Assembly: GCF_009914755.1 (NCBI RefSeq)
Contig: NC_060935.1
From: the human T2T-CHM13v2.0 reference genome, Homo sapiens
DNA length: 64,000 bases
Reading direction: 5' to 3' (one strand)
Below the pieces are notes generated by a model, which saw only the letters and a program-made list of their open reading frames with translations, had not been told where the DNA came from and made no database searches. The position numbers were made by a program, and so were the translations under genes. Shown piece after piece: positions 30,101 through 51,764 of the stretch (position 1 is its first letter; each line of letters starts with the position of its first letter).

Positions 30101-30787
30101 AACAAATCACAAAACCTAATTAAACCCCCTTCCATTGCAAATGAGGAAACTGAGATCTTGAAATTCTCAGTTGTTTTATTTCTTAGAAAGCAAAACAATG
30201 TGACTATGATTCAAGGGACAGGGTTAGTTCATTTTAAGGGGATTTAAACTTACCACAGGAAATGACTCTTGAGGAAATTGTTGCTGTGCAGTTAAATAAA
30301 GCAAGGAAAAAACAAGTAATATCTGCTGAATCTCCACAATAAACCAAGTTGAATCATCTGCTTTAGAGATTTGGGAGCATTGCTCAAGAAGCAGCTGTGT
30401 TACTAGGTATTGCATCATTGTATAATCATCATTGTTATCATCGCCATCATCATATCTGTGAGCCAAATACGATTTTAAGAACAATTGTGGAGGTGGCAAA
30501 TTTCCAAGCTAGATAACTTACGCTCTAAATTCACTTATCATGCTTTTGTCACCTTTTAGTTGTAGCTAATGGTGATCCAGTGACATTCCATTAATTTGAT
30601 TGGGAAGGTCTTACTAGTATGTATAATTATAAATCTGCTTCTAAATATAAGTAGGTCTATGATTCACCATGTCTTTGTTCTAGGGAAGAAATTAAAGGGT
30701 TGGATTTCCTACTGACTTTGCAGGGATTAAGAAGGTTGTATATATCTTCAACTACCTCCTTTGATTTAATCCTTAAGAAACCAAGCA

Positions 30788-31172
<385 letters not shown>

Positions 31173-34100
31173 CTATTTTATTGCTGCTGAGAAAATATAC
31201 TACACATATAGTGGTAACGTGTGTTACTTAGCTAAGTGAGTGGGCAATTTATTTCTTATTTATGTTTCCTACTTCAAAAACAGATTTGATGGATGCAATG
31301 GAATGATTATTAAATGAGCAAATGTGCTAAATGAGTGACTAAATGAAAAACAATGAGTTACAAACTTTGGGAGAAATTTTACTGTTTCATTTACTGAAAT
31401 GTTTCATTAATTTTATACTCAATCACATGTTAGAAAGCTGATGCTTCATATATTTTCTCTAAAAGATAAATTAATGTGACTCCCTTTCTTTGACTCTCTC
31501 AGATGTTCCCTTGAGATTCCTCAAACATGTCTTTTAATATCTCTATGCCATTGTGCATGCAGCTTGCTTCCCTTGGAATGCCCTTCCTCTCCAGACATCT
31601 CCAGATGCCTGTCATTCTTCACATTCTAAAATTGACATTACTTTCTTCCTAGTTCAAGGGAGTTATGCATGCTTTCATTTAACAAACAGTGATTTACGGA
31701 GTAGCTACCATGTACCATTCTCTGAATTGCAGTGGAATATAACCGCAGGAAGTCACAGTCCAATGTAGGATGAATTTGAGGGGACAGTTAAATAAAGAGT
31801 GGTAAGTGCTGTGATTGGAGAGTATTTTGGGAATGTACAAGAGGTATGTGCAACACAGCTCAGGAGGGCCAGAGAGTGCATCTCAGCAAAGAAAACTTCT
31901 GCAGCCAGAAGCCAGAATGAGAAACAAGGCGGTAGCCAGGCAAGCAGACGCAGATGGATGTGTGGGAAAGCTTTTGCAGTTGTGGAAGTTTTTTTTGTTG
32001 TTTATTTGCTTGGTTGCTTGTTTTTTATTATTATCATTTTTTGTTGTTGTTGTTTCTCCCCCCTCCCCTTTTAACCAGAAACCATTGAATTGGAAGGGGT
32101 GTCTATTTTACAGAGTCAGAGGATTCTTAGAAACTAACAAAAGCTTTGAAGCTGGAGTGGGAAGGGGAAGTTGATTATCCCTAATTCCTTCTTCAGCTTC
32201 CTCTAAAACCCTCTGTTTCGCTGATTGTGTCCCACTTTCCACCAAATTAACTAATGTTAGACACTGGGTGTGGTGAGAATTCAATGGTTGCAATTCAGAC
32301 GGATGCATGATGACTCTCTCACCACAGGTTTCTGCAGTCTGAATGGACCTACACCCAGAAAGAGCTTCTGGTAACAGCTCACTGATTCTTCTTTTCCTTG
32401 TCTGTTTCATCCAGAATCCTCTAGACTGTAATTTTTCTTTTTCCTGTATGCTATAGGCAAGTGCTCCTTAAAGTGTGGCCTGTGAATCAGGGATGATTCA
32501 TGAACTGTAATTGGTGTGTGATAAGCTCAGCAATCAATCATGCTTTTACAACAATTTGATAAAGTAGTTTTATGTCTATTGGATCTAGTCTAATAATTTA
32601 AAAACTGAACATTTAAAAATGTCTTTGTCATCTCATTTTCATAGTAATTCCCTTTCGCTGTATTTTACAAAAGTATCCATGGTGAACTGGAAATGTAAGG
32701 AACTGGTCCTTCACTACGGATGGCTTGAGAAGCAATGCTTTGGGCCAGAGAAGTAATCGACACTCTCCAGTACTCTGATCTCTCTCTGTCTGGACCACCT
32801 CCCTTCTTCTTACCTCTTAAGTTCTTGCCCTTTGGCTCTCCATATAGATGCCTAGTCCTCTTGGAAGCCTCCCTAATCTCTCAGCATTGGGGGCAGAGCC
32901 CCTCCTTGGTGATCCCACAGCTCTGTGTGCTTCCCCCATTATGGCCATCACGCTTGGTAGTATATCACATAGACTGTTAACTTCTCCATCTCCCTCTGGA
33001 GAATATACGCTCTGTAAGAGTGTGGCCATGTTTGTGAAACTCTGTGCCCCATATGTTGCCTACTATACAGTAGACATTCAGTGGGTATCTGTTAAATGAG
33101 TGAATGAATCAATGAATGATGGAGTGGAGGAGGTAGAACAGCAATTCAACCTCCCAAAACCCACTTCATGCAAGCACCCCCTTCCCCACTTAGATAGAGA
33201 GTGGTTAGGTGGACCAGCTTGAACTCTCTCTGCTCCTGGTCCTTGAGGCATGAAGGCCCACCTGCAAGGTTGTTTGCTACACCCCAAGGCTTAGCATGAA
33301 ACTGCTCTCCAGGTTTCTCTCCCCTCCCTGATCTCAAGACTTCCCCTTAGGTGGCTGGTCCCAGTGGAATTTCCTAATGCAGTCCTACATTATATCATCT
33401 TAACCCTTTCCTTCTTCACTCCCTTTGCTCCTCCTCCCTCCACTGATTCACAGATTTTTGCTTCTTGGTCTTCTCATACCTGAATCATCTTCCTGCAATT
33501 CAAATACAGTTCACGTATTCCTCCCTACACTTGTCTTATCACCATCGTGTCACCCTTTCTCTCCTCTCTGTCTCTGTTGTCTGCCTGTCTGTCTTTCTGT
33601 GTGTGTGTTTTGCTCTAACTCTACTACTTCTCTGTCTCTTAAAACATGCATATTTACCGTGTGTCCTAATGCTAGTCAATAGCAAGAAAGGAACATTTAT
33701 AACTCACACACTCTAAACTTGTTATCATGCATATTTTATTAATGACTGCAAATTCTGTGTTCTAGTGCTGCTTGGTGCCTGGAAAAAGAGGTGGGTAAAA
33801 TACAGAAAGATAAGAGAAAGATACGCCAAATAAAGTGAGAGCATTAATGGCTATTTATTTCCACTTTAAAATTTTGCCTTAAAGCCCACCCTAGACACAG
33901 TCATTTGTCTCTCTATGTCAGGGGTATCATTGCTGGTTTTGAGCTCCAAAAGGGGGTGGGATATTTCTGCCTCCAGACTTTCTGTAGCAGAAATGGATTT
34001 TGGCCTGAATCATCTGGATTAATTGCTATGTGGCTGTGGCTCCAAATAAGGCAATCACTCAACATATTAGGTATCTATTGCTGAGTAGAAAATAACCACT

Positions 34101-34401
34101 AATTTTAAAACAACACACATTTATTATTTCAGTTTCTGTGGGTCATGAGTCTGGGTATAGCTTAGCTGGGTCCTCTTCATAGGTTCTCGAGGTATTGGCT
34201 AGGTTGCATTATCATCTGGAGGACTGATTGGGGAAAAAACATGCTTCCAAGCTCATTCAGGTTATATTCACTTACTTTCTTTTCTGTCTGGTTACCACCA
34301 TTCTGTGGCTACTTATTGGTATCTCCCAGCCTGTTGTCAGCATCCCTCTCAATCTCTGCAAATCTGAAGTCACTTGTTCCCTTCCTGAAGGTGCAGGCAT
34401 A

Positions 34402-34598
34402 CTCCCAATTTTCTGAACAAAACCTGTTTGGAGGTAGGAAGCATTGAAACATTCACCTTATCTCTTTCTGGGAATCCTAATGAATTTGCCATTAGTGCAT
34501 CCTCCCAATTTTCTGAACAAAAACTGTTCAGAGGTAGGAAGCATTGAAATATTCATCTTATCTCTTTCTGGGAATCCTAATGAATTTGCCATTAGCGC
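34402..34598. repeat. Tandem duplication, 2 x 100 bp
   Basis: 34402-34498 repeats at 34502-34598 with about 6 substitutions. Confidence 0.9.
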
Positions 34599-34611
34599 TG
34601 CTCTTGTCTTA

Positions 34612-35313
34612 ATGTAGGGGTCTTTGAAATCATAAGAAATACATATGTTGGTTTCTGCTCTAGTTCCTGACAGAGCTCCTAACCCATTGGAATTTTCTGA
34701 GTAATAGGAGTTCTAGGAGAAACTTTTGTTCTAATGTTTGCTCTCTGCCCTTGTTTCTGAGACAGAGCTCTTAATACCCTTATAGATAGGGGTGGTAGGC
34801 ATATCTTTTGTTCCAATATTTGGTCTTCGACCCTGGTTCTTGACACAGAGCCCCTAATCATTTAGAATTTCCTGGGTGATGAGAACATCTTTTGTTCTAA
34901 TGAGGGGACTCTTGGAAGGAGGCTGGTCATCAGAAAGACCAAACCATGATTAGAAGCTTGGAGTTTTCAGCCCAATAAATTTAACTAAATGTTTCCCTGA
35001 GTTTTACAACCTGTTCTAGCAAATTATTGACCATGAGGAGTGGTTTGTAGAAAGCTCTCATTTATAGCTGGTCTGCGGGACGTCCAGGAGGCCCAGACAT
35101 GTGATTAGCACTGGAAGTAAGCAGAGTGGTCTTATGGGATTGTGTCCTTAACCTGTGGGGTCTGCACTAACTTCAGGTATTTAGTGTGATAATTGAATTA
35201 CATGACACCCAGTGTTGGGAAAGTTAAAGAATTGGTTGGAGTGAAAAAAACCCCCACATATCTGGTGTCAGAAGTGTTGTGAGTACAGAGAAGAAAACAG
35301 TGAGTTTCCTATA
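34612..35313. mobile_element. MER21-family LTR
   Basis: ttcctgacagagctcctaaaccc..ggaatttt..gtgtcagaagtgttgtgagta; TG...CA ends. Confidence 0.75.
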
Positions 35314-35964
35314 CAGATTCTAAGTCTGTTCTGGAGTGGAATTTCAGTGCTGCTGCTTACTAGTTGCTCATCATGAGAAAATTCATCCTTCTAAGCCTAA
35401 AAGTCTATAATCTAAAGACATTACTGTTTGCCATGGTTAACATGAGGACCGAAAGAACTGCACACATCTAGCACCCTTTACAGTGTCTATAAATTGAAGT
35501 TCCTTTTTTTCCTTACCCTCCCCCAAATAAAGGCATTCACTGGAACCATTAATGAAATCTGTAAACACAAGAGAAAATATTTCCTATAAGTACTTTCTTT
35601 GCCAACATTTTACCTAGATTGCCTCGGCATACTGTTTCTACTTTCTCATCTCACAGTTCTTGGTGGAAAATATTGATGCCAATTCTTTCTTCGCCCACTG
35701 ATCAACATGATTAGGGTGAGATTAAGCACAGCCCCACCTCCAGGAGTTTAAGCCAGTCATGGATGATCCCAACAATAGCAGTGTGGAATCAATGAATTGC
35801 TTTTCCAGTTCTTCCTCTACCTAGCCCTTAAGCAAGATAGTTTTTTAACGGATTCACTCCACATTTGTGAAGTAACATGTGTAAAAGGTTATTAATTACA
35901 GTATTTCTTTGTGAAGTAACATATGTAAAAGGTTTATTACATTATTTCTTTTGAAAAGTAAATA

Positions 35965-36385
35965 TCGAAAACAAACCCAAATTTGCCCTAATAAGGGATT
36001 GTTAAATAAATGATGAATTCGTATATTGGGTTACTATGTAGCTATTAATTAGAATAATGCAGCTCTTTGTCACTGATACAGAGCAGTCTCCAAGATATAT
36101 TAAGTGAGAAAAAATGAACTGTGGAATAGGATATAAAGTATCCCACCCTTTGGGTTAGAAAGTAAAGGCTTAATAGACATGCTTATTAATGCATAAAGTA
36201 GATTAAAGGATTCATAAGAAATTAGTAGCATTGTTTACCTCTGGAAAAGACTGGTTGGCTGAGATGAGATGAGAGGGAGAAAAACTTTTTACTAATGAAA
36301 GTGGTATTTCCTTCTCTTTGGATTTTGGGTCATTTGTACATATTTCTCTGTCAAAAATCTAATGTAAAATACTGAAAATATAGGA
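35965..36385 (+). mobile_element. Old L1ME/L1MC 3' end
   Basis: gttaaataaatgatg..ctccaagatatattaagtgagaaaaa. Confidence 0.55.
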
Positions 36386-36401
36386 ATGTTACTTTTTTTT
36401 T

Positions 36402-37890
36402 CTGTAACAAAACTCCAGAAGTTTTGGTGAATCTAAGATCAAAGTAGCATGAACTTTAGGGACAACAGTCATGAAAACAAATTCACTCCAGAAAGCTGCC
36501 AGGTCTCTCCACTTGCCCACATCTCTTTATTTTATGTTCCTGATGTTGTCGGTGAGGCCAAAGAACCCACTGATGTGAACTGGGAGGCCTGTTCTGCTTT
36601 CCCCACCCTGCAGTAAAGAAAACAAAATGCTATTCCTGAGACATCTGACATTGCTCCTTTTGCTTCACCATCTTTGCTTGACAAAGACATGGCTATTCCA
36701 ATGATTGGGACAAATTTCAATCCATCCACTAAAGACTGAAGATTACTGCAAATCCCTTGGCCACCCACACCATTACACACCAACCAAGATGGCTTTTGTA
36801 CATCTTCAGTACTCTTGTCTTCTAAAACTGACCCAATCATGGCTAACTGCATAAATCCCTGCAATCTGGGACAACTCACTGAAGAGAGGCTCTAATACCA
36901 GCATGGTATGTTATACAGTTGATGCCATTGCTTGGAGTCCTTTCACAATTGTTACTTAGTGCAGTTCCCAGGATCTTTATAGAATTCAGACGTTCACGTT
37001 TCAGTGCCGTCTAAATAGAGTGCCCTTGAAGTCACTCTAAATACCGGTTTCTCCATTCCACCAGCCTCTCGGACATTATAAGGAGACGTCCTGCACACTT
37101 TTTAGAAAGAGCAGCACTGGGTCTACATCTGCCCTAAAAGACGGAGAGCTGGAGAACCTTCTGCTTACTGTAGAGTTTACTACTAAGCTGTCGAGGATGC
37201 AGGCGAAAAGGAAAAGGAAAAAATGTTTCTGGAAAATTGAGATTTATGAATGTTTCCTTGGTGCTTCCAAAAATGCCAGCAAATGGCAGAAATTGGTCCA
37301 AAAGTTCACGAATTTAAATGCTGTCATCTTTGACATTCCAACACTGGTCTCACTCATGTGGGCCAAAAAGTGTTTGATGAGGCTCGAACATCCCAATCCA
37401 GTCACCACTAAAGATACAAGGAACATCTCTATGGTAGCCAGACTTAAACTCAATTCCAAATCTTCCAACCTTCAAAGGCTCATACTTTGTCTTACTTCTT
37501 GCCATTTCTGAATGCCGCGCCAGTCGTCCGGGCTGAAAACCGTGTTGTACACCCGGAGATCTGACCCCATCATTCACCGTAGCTGCTTTAAAACCGCATC
37601 TAGAAGGCAGTGTCTGCCTCTGCCTGTTCCAAATGTCCATTAAAAAGGCCTTAAGAATCTGTCCTCCTGGACGTCTTCGCAAAATATCTTTGAGAAAATC
37701 AATGGGTAGTGGAGTTGTTTAACCAAATCAACCTGTCCCCCGTCGCGGGTGTCGTTAGCCGCTGGGCTGTTGGGCAGCCCCAAAGCCAGCGTCTGGTCCC
37801 TGCCGCTCCTGGGCTCTGGGAGGCTCCCAGCAGCCGAAGGGCGGGATGCTCACTGCGCAGGCGCGAGCCTCGGCGGCAACCCGGGTACAC
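36402..37890 (-). pseudogene. Processed pseudogene (retrocopy) of the 5' part of SACS (sacsin; first Hsp90-like SRR region)
   Basis: Intronless, degraded sacsin peptides: [125 protein letters not shown]. Several stops and frameshifts. Flanked by a perfect 16-bp TSD ATGTTACTTTTTTTTT at 36386-36401 and 37891-37906. Confidence 0.92.
37733..37890. promoter_or_regulatory. CpG-rich promoter-like segment at the 5' end of the SACS retrocopy
   Basis: Dense CpGs; GC box GGGCGGG at 37839-37845; NRF1-like TGCGCAGGCGCG at 37854-37865. Confidence 0.55.
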
Positions 37891-37979
37891 ATGTTACTTT
37901 TTTTTTGTTTTTGTGAGGAAGCCCTTTGTGTTTATGATTAGTGTTCTCTATTAAATATTTCTGATTCTCCTCCTAGGCG

Positions 37980-38305
37980 TGTGACAGTATATTATTTGAC
38001 TATCTTTAGTGTCAGATGAGGCAATGTAATTTTCTTTGGCCAATGAAGTATGGGCAGAATGATGTTTATTGTATCCACACAGACTTCTAGGAGTCAGCGC
38101 GAAATTTACCAATAACTCTTTCCCTCCGCCGCAGTGAAGGCTGGCGTTCAACGTGGTGCCCGTTCCATCAGCCCGGGTCTTGAAGTGAGGACAACTTGGA
38201 GTAGAGACCCCAGTGGAGTACTACGATGCACTTTTAGTTCTAAGCCACTGAAAATCGGGAAGTGCTCATTACCACAGCATATCCTGGCCTGGTCTGAGTG
38301 ATACT
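37980..38305 (+). mobile_element. MLT1-family LTR (old MaLR)
   Basis: ttccatcagcccgggtc..taagccactgaaaatc..ttaccacagcatatcctggcctggtctgagtgatac. Confidence 0.65.
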
Positions 38306-38706
38306 GCATTTTACAAGGTTCAGTCCTGAACCATCTTCTTTTATCTCTGCAATCTTCCCATATAAACTTACCTATTCCCATGGCTTGACTGATGCCGCCA
38401 AACACCCACAGTTTTATCTACTTTGTTTTGAGCTCCAGATTCCTCCATCTAATGGCCTACTAATGCCTTTAGTTGGTTAACTTACAAGAATTTCTATATT
38501 TAAAAGGTGAGGTGATTCCTACTGAATCTTAACTTTCTCCCACAAAACTGCTTCTCTTTCAGCCTTCCCCTGACTCTGTTGAAGCTGCTGTGATCCAAGA
38601 ATTTGTTCAAGCCGGTAATCTAGGAATTATTCTTAATACCTTCCTTTTTTCTCAGAACTCTATCTAGTTTATCATTAAATCTGAATGATGTTGAAATATA
38701 TATCAG

Positions 38707-39009
38707 GGCTGGGTATGGTGGCTCAACCTGTAGTCCCAGCACATTGGGAGGTTGAGGTAGATGGATTGCTTGAGCCCTGGAGTTCCCAATCATCCTGGGC
38801 AACATGGCAAAAGCCTGTCTCTACCAAAAGTACAAAAATTAGTTGGGAGTGGTGGTGCACACCTGCAGTCCCAGCTACTCAGGAGGCTGAGGTGGGAGGA
38901 TTTCCTAAGCCCGGGAGATCAAGGCTTCAGTGAGCTGTGGTTGTTGCACCACTGCACTCCAGCCTGGGTGACAGGGCCAAAAATAAAATAAAAATAAAAA
39001 TAAAAAAAA
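38707..39009 (+). mobile_element. AluJ
   Basis: Diverged Alu with (AAAAAT)n tail. Confidence 0.88.
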
Positions 39010-39720
39010 TCCAGTCATGTCTCTCAATCTACCCAGAGGTCCCCTGTCCCTACCACCCTTCCCTGTCATTTTTAACCTGTTCCAACTTTTGTCGTCACTT
39101 CCTTCCAACTCTCTCCAGCTAAAGTAATCATTCAAAAATATAATGGCTGGCATAACTTATCTGTTTAAGACTCACTCGATGAATCTACAATGCACTAAAA
39201 GTGAAATACAACTCTTTAGTATACTGTAAAGACATTGGATGATTTGATTGTGTCTACCTGTCTAATATCTTATTCCACCCCTACTCTCCAACATGCCAAT
39301 AGGCACTCATCTTTCAGTTCCTTGAACATGCCAAGGACTTTTATTTTTTTAAACCCACTGGGCCTCAACACTAATTTGCATTTTCTTTCCTTAGAGTAGT
39401 CTAAATCCTCCTACCCATTCACCCACCTGGCCATTTGGATTTAGATGCTTTGTTTTTAACATTATTTTCCCAGAGAGACTTTCTCTAATAACCAAACTTT
39501 AACAGATAACCCTTCCTCCAACAGTACTCTTCTTTACAGCTTTGTCGTTTCTCTAATAACAGCTTTATAATTTGTAGTTATACATTAATTTATGTTCTTT
39601 CATTTGATTTCTTTCTCTCACCAGACAAAACTCAATGAAATTGAGTTAAATGTATTTTCTTCACTGTTTCATACTTTGCAACTATGACAAAGTCTGGCAT
39701 TAAAATTAGTCAATAAAAGA
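39010..39720. mobile_element. L2 fragment
   Basis: ctttcagttccttgaacatgccaag and other L2 3' motifs. Confidence 0.55.
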
Positions 39721-40342
39721 AGGAACAAGTTTCTATAGTGTTGTCAGTATGGTGTAAGCATGTAACTTCGTGATGGTAAATCTGTCACAAAATTGGCATG
39801 TGCACATGCACTGTTATCACTCAGGGGTTTCCATGTACAAAATGGTAGCAAGAGAGTATTCTAACAGGAGGGTGAGGGTGAGGGGGAGATGAGAAATTTA
39901 GTCTCTAGAGCAAGAAAGGAATCCCACTGAAGAAAGATTTGGGTTAAAACAAGAGGTGAGTGGACTCCAAACTAGTTTTATTTCCCCACCTGTAAAATTG
40001 GAAAGTCTATTAAATAATATGCAGGTTCCCAGGCTCTAACATTCTAGAGTTCCATTTCTCCATTTTGTTTTGATCCTGCCTAGATACAGGACAACTGTTG
40101 ATTTACCTCTTTCTTTGTTAGGTGTGTAAGGAACACTTACAATATCTGTGAGATGAAAAGAAAGATCCTGTTGGTGCAGAGAATAGGAGAGGGTATGTGA
40201 CAGCCACATGACTAATTTATAGAGTGTGTGTTCCTACCACACCTACTGGCAGACTATCTGTCAAATAATCAGTCCCCAGTATGATCAGGGTATTGAACAT
40301 GAATTGTTCTAGAAAGTAAGGAACAGGCCCAAAATAAAACTT

Positions 40343-40348
40343 TTTATT
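40343..40348 (-). terminator. MMP10: MMP10 polyadenylation signal AATAAA
   Basis: TTTATT on plus about 260 nt past the stop codon; a second, more proximal AATAAA lies at 40568-40573. Confidence 0.7.
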
Positions 40349-40607
40349 GAGGAAGTAATAACACATCTATGAAAATACATTCTCTCACCTATTGCACATG
40401 AGTATTTCTTAATTCTGTTCAGTGCAATTCAAAAGCAAGTGAAGAATTCCAGAAACATTCTTCATAACACATGCAGATATCTGCAAGGCTCATCTTCTTC
40501 AGTCACAGAACATGCAGGAAAAATTAACCATTTTGCCTCATAATACATTAGATGAATAATTATTAGATTTATTAAAAACACCCATATCTGTCTTCCCCCT
40601 ATCTCGC

Positions 40608-50403
<9,796 letters not shown>

Positions 50404-50464
50404 TCTCACTGCCCTTACCTTCTTTGTCTACTGGGCTTCTAGCTCTACCCCCTAGTGGCCTTTC

Positions 50465-50507
50465 TTTTATACAGAGACAATGCTGAGATCACCAACAGTA
50501 TGATTCA
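50465..50507 (-). promoter_or_regulatory. MMP10: MMP10 proximal promoter: TATA box and AP-1-like site
   Basis: TATAAAA (minus) at 50465-50471 and TGAATCA (minus) at 50501-50507, the spacing typical of inducible MMP promoters. Confidence 0.85.
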
Positions 50508-51764
50508 TGCATGTGTTTTTTAAGTCTGAATGTTCACAAACATTTAATGTAATGGTGATACAGCCTACATCAGTATTTTCCTTCAACTTTCTAAACTTGA
50601 AAGAATGATTAATCCCCAGGAAATGATTTCTGTGTTTGTAAAGACGAAAAAGAATTGGCTAGATAATTCACGTCTCTGTATTTACTTAAAGAGAGCTGAC
50701 AAGCTTGGTAAAATGCCAAATGTTTTGACATTTTAAAATCAGTGCAATTTTCTTTTAAGAAGATTATGTTTTAAACTTAAATATAAGCAGGTAAGAATTA
50801 AGTAGGTCAACGGAAATAAATTCCAAATATAGTCGTGGTCTAAATGTGGGAGTTGTTATTTACAAAGATATTAAAACAAATATTTCACTTCTTGAGTCCT
50901 TGTTTACAATAGCTATTATTGATTTTCAGATGGATTTACTGGCCGTGGAGTAGGGGTATTGTGAGAAGGACATGGAGCATGTAGAGAAAAGAATCCAAAG
51001 AGAGAAGCTTTGGTGTTCACTCATTCTCCATTTCCCAGTGTATAATTATGTTCAAAGTAACTGCTCCATAAAACTTGTTAAATGGAAAAAATTAAATTGC
51101 ATGTTAGACTGAAATGGTCCTCCTACCCTCTTCCTCTTCTTTGCTTTTAAAAATTCTTTTCCCCCTTTCTTTCTCCTCTTAAGGTACAAAGGAGGAGATG
51201 GATTGAGATCTGTAATGGGAAATGATTTCAAATCCTCCCTTTCTTTCACATGTCTAACGATCCACCCCTGCCCACAAATAGTATTTTCTTTCTTGTTTTC
51301 TCAGCCAAATAAAGTGCTTTTTACGCAGTAACACAGTAAGTCTGCAATAACTGTTTTGTCAAATTAACCTGTTAATATAAAGAACCCTGAAATTCTTATA
51401 GTAAAGAACTATATTTTTCTCTCACTAAAGATAAATTAACTCTACCATGTCTGAAGTACATAATTGCAAAGTGATGAGAGATTAAAATAATAAGTGTGTA
51501 GGAATGATCTTTTCAGTATCGCCCACCATCCCCACCCTACTTAAGGTAGCCTGGACAGGTGAGACTTCCAGGAACCAAGAGGCTCTGAGACTTCCAAGCC
51601 AGAGTTGGAGAGAAACTGGGATATACACTGAGCCAGCCAAGTCAACTTGTGACTTACTGTTGCCAAAGAGTTTGCTCTACAGTGTGGTGACATCAGCTTG
51701 AATATCAGAGGGAGAAGGACTGACAACTAGACTCAAATAAAGTCAGCTGGACATTGAGCAAGTA

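Noticed and set aside
36526-36531. AATAAA as polyA signal explaining the SACS retrocopy 3' end
   Set aside because: It is about 125 nt from the end and coincides with a Trp-to-stop position (IK*R versus IKWR), so it probably arose after insertion.
37197-37511. 104-aa plus-strand ORF and overlapping 74-aa minus ORF
   Set aside because: These are antisense or off-frame shadows of the SACS-derived sequence.
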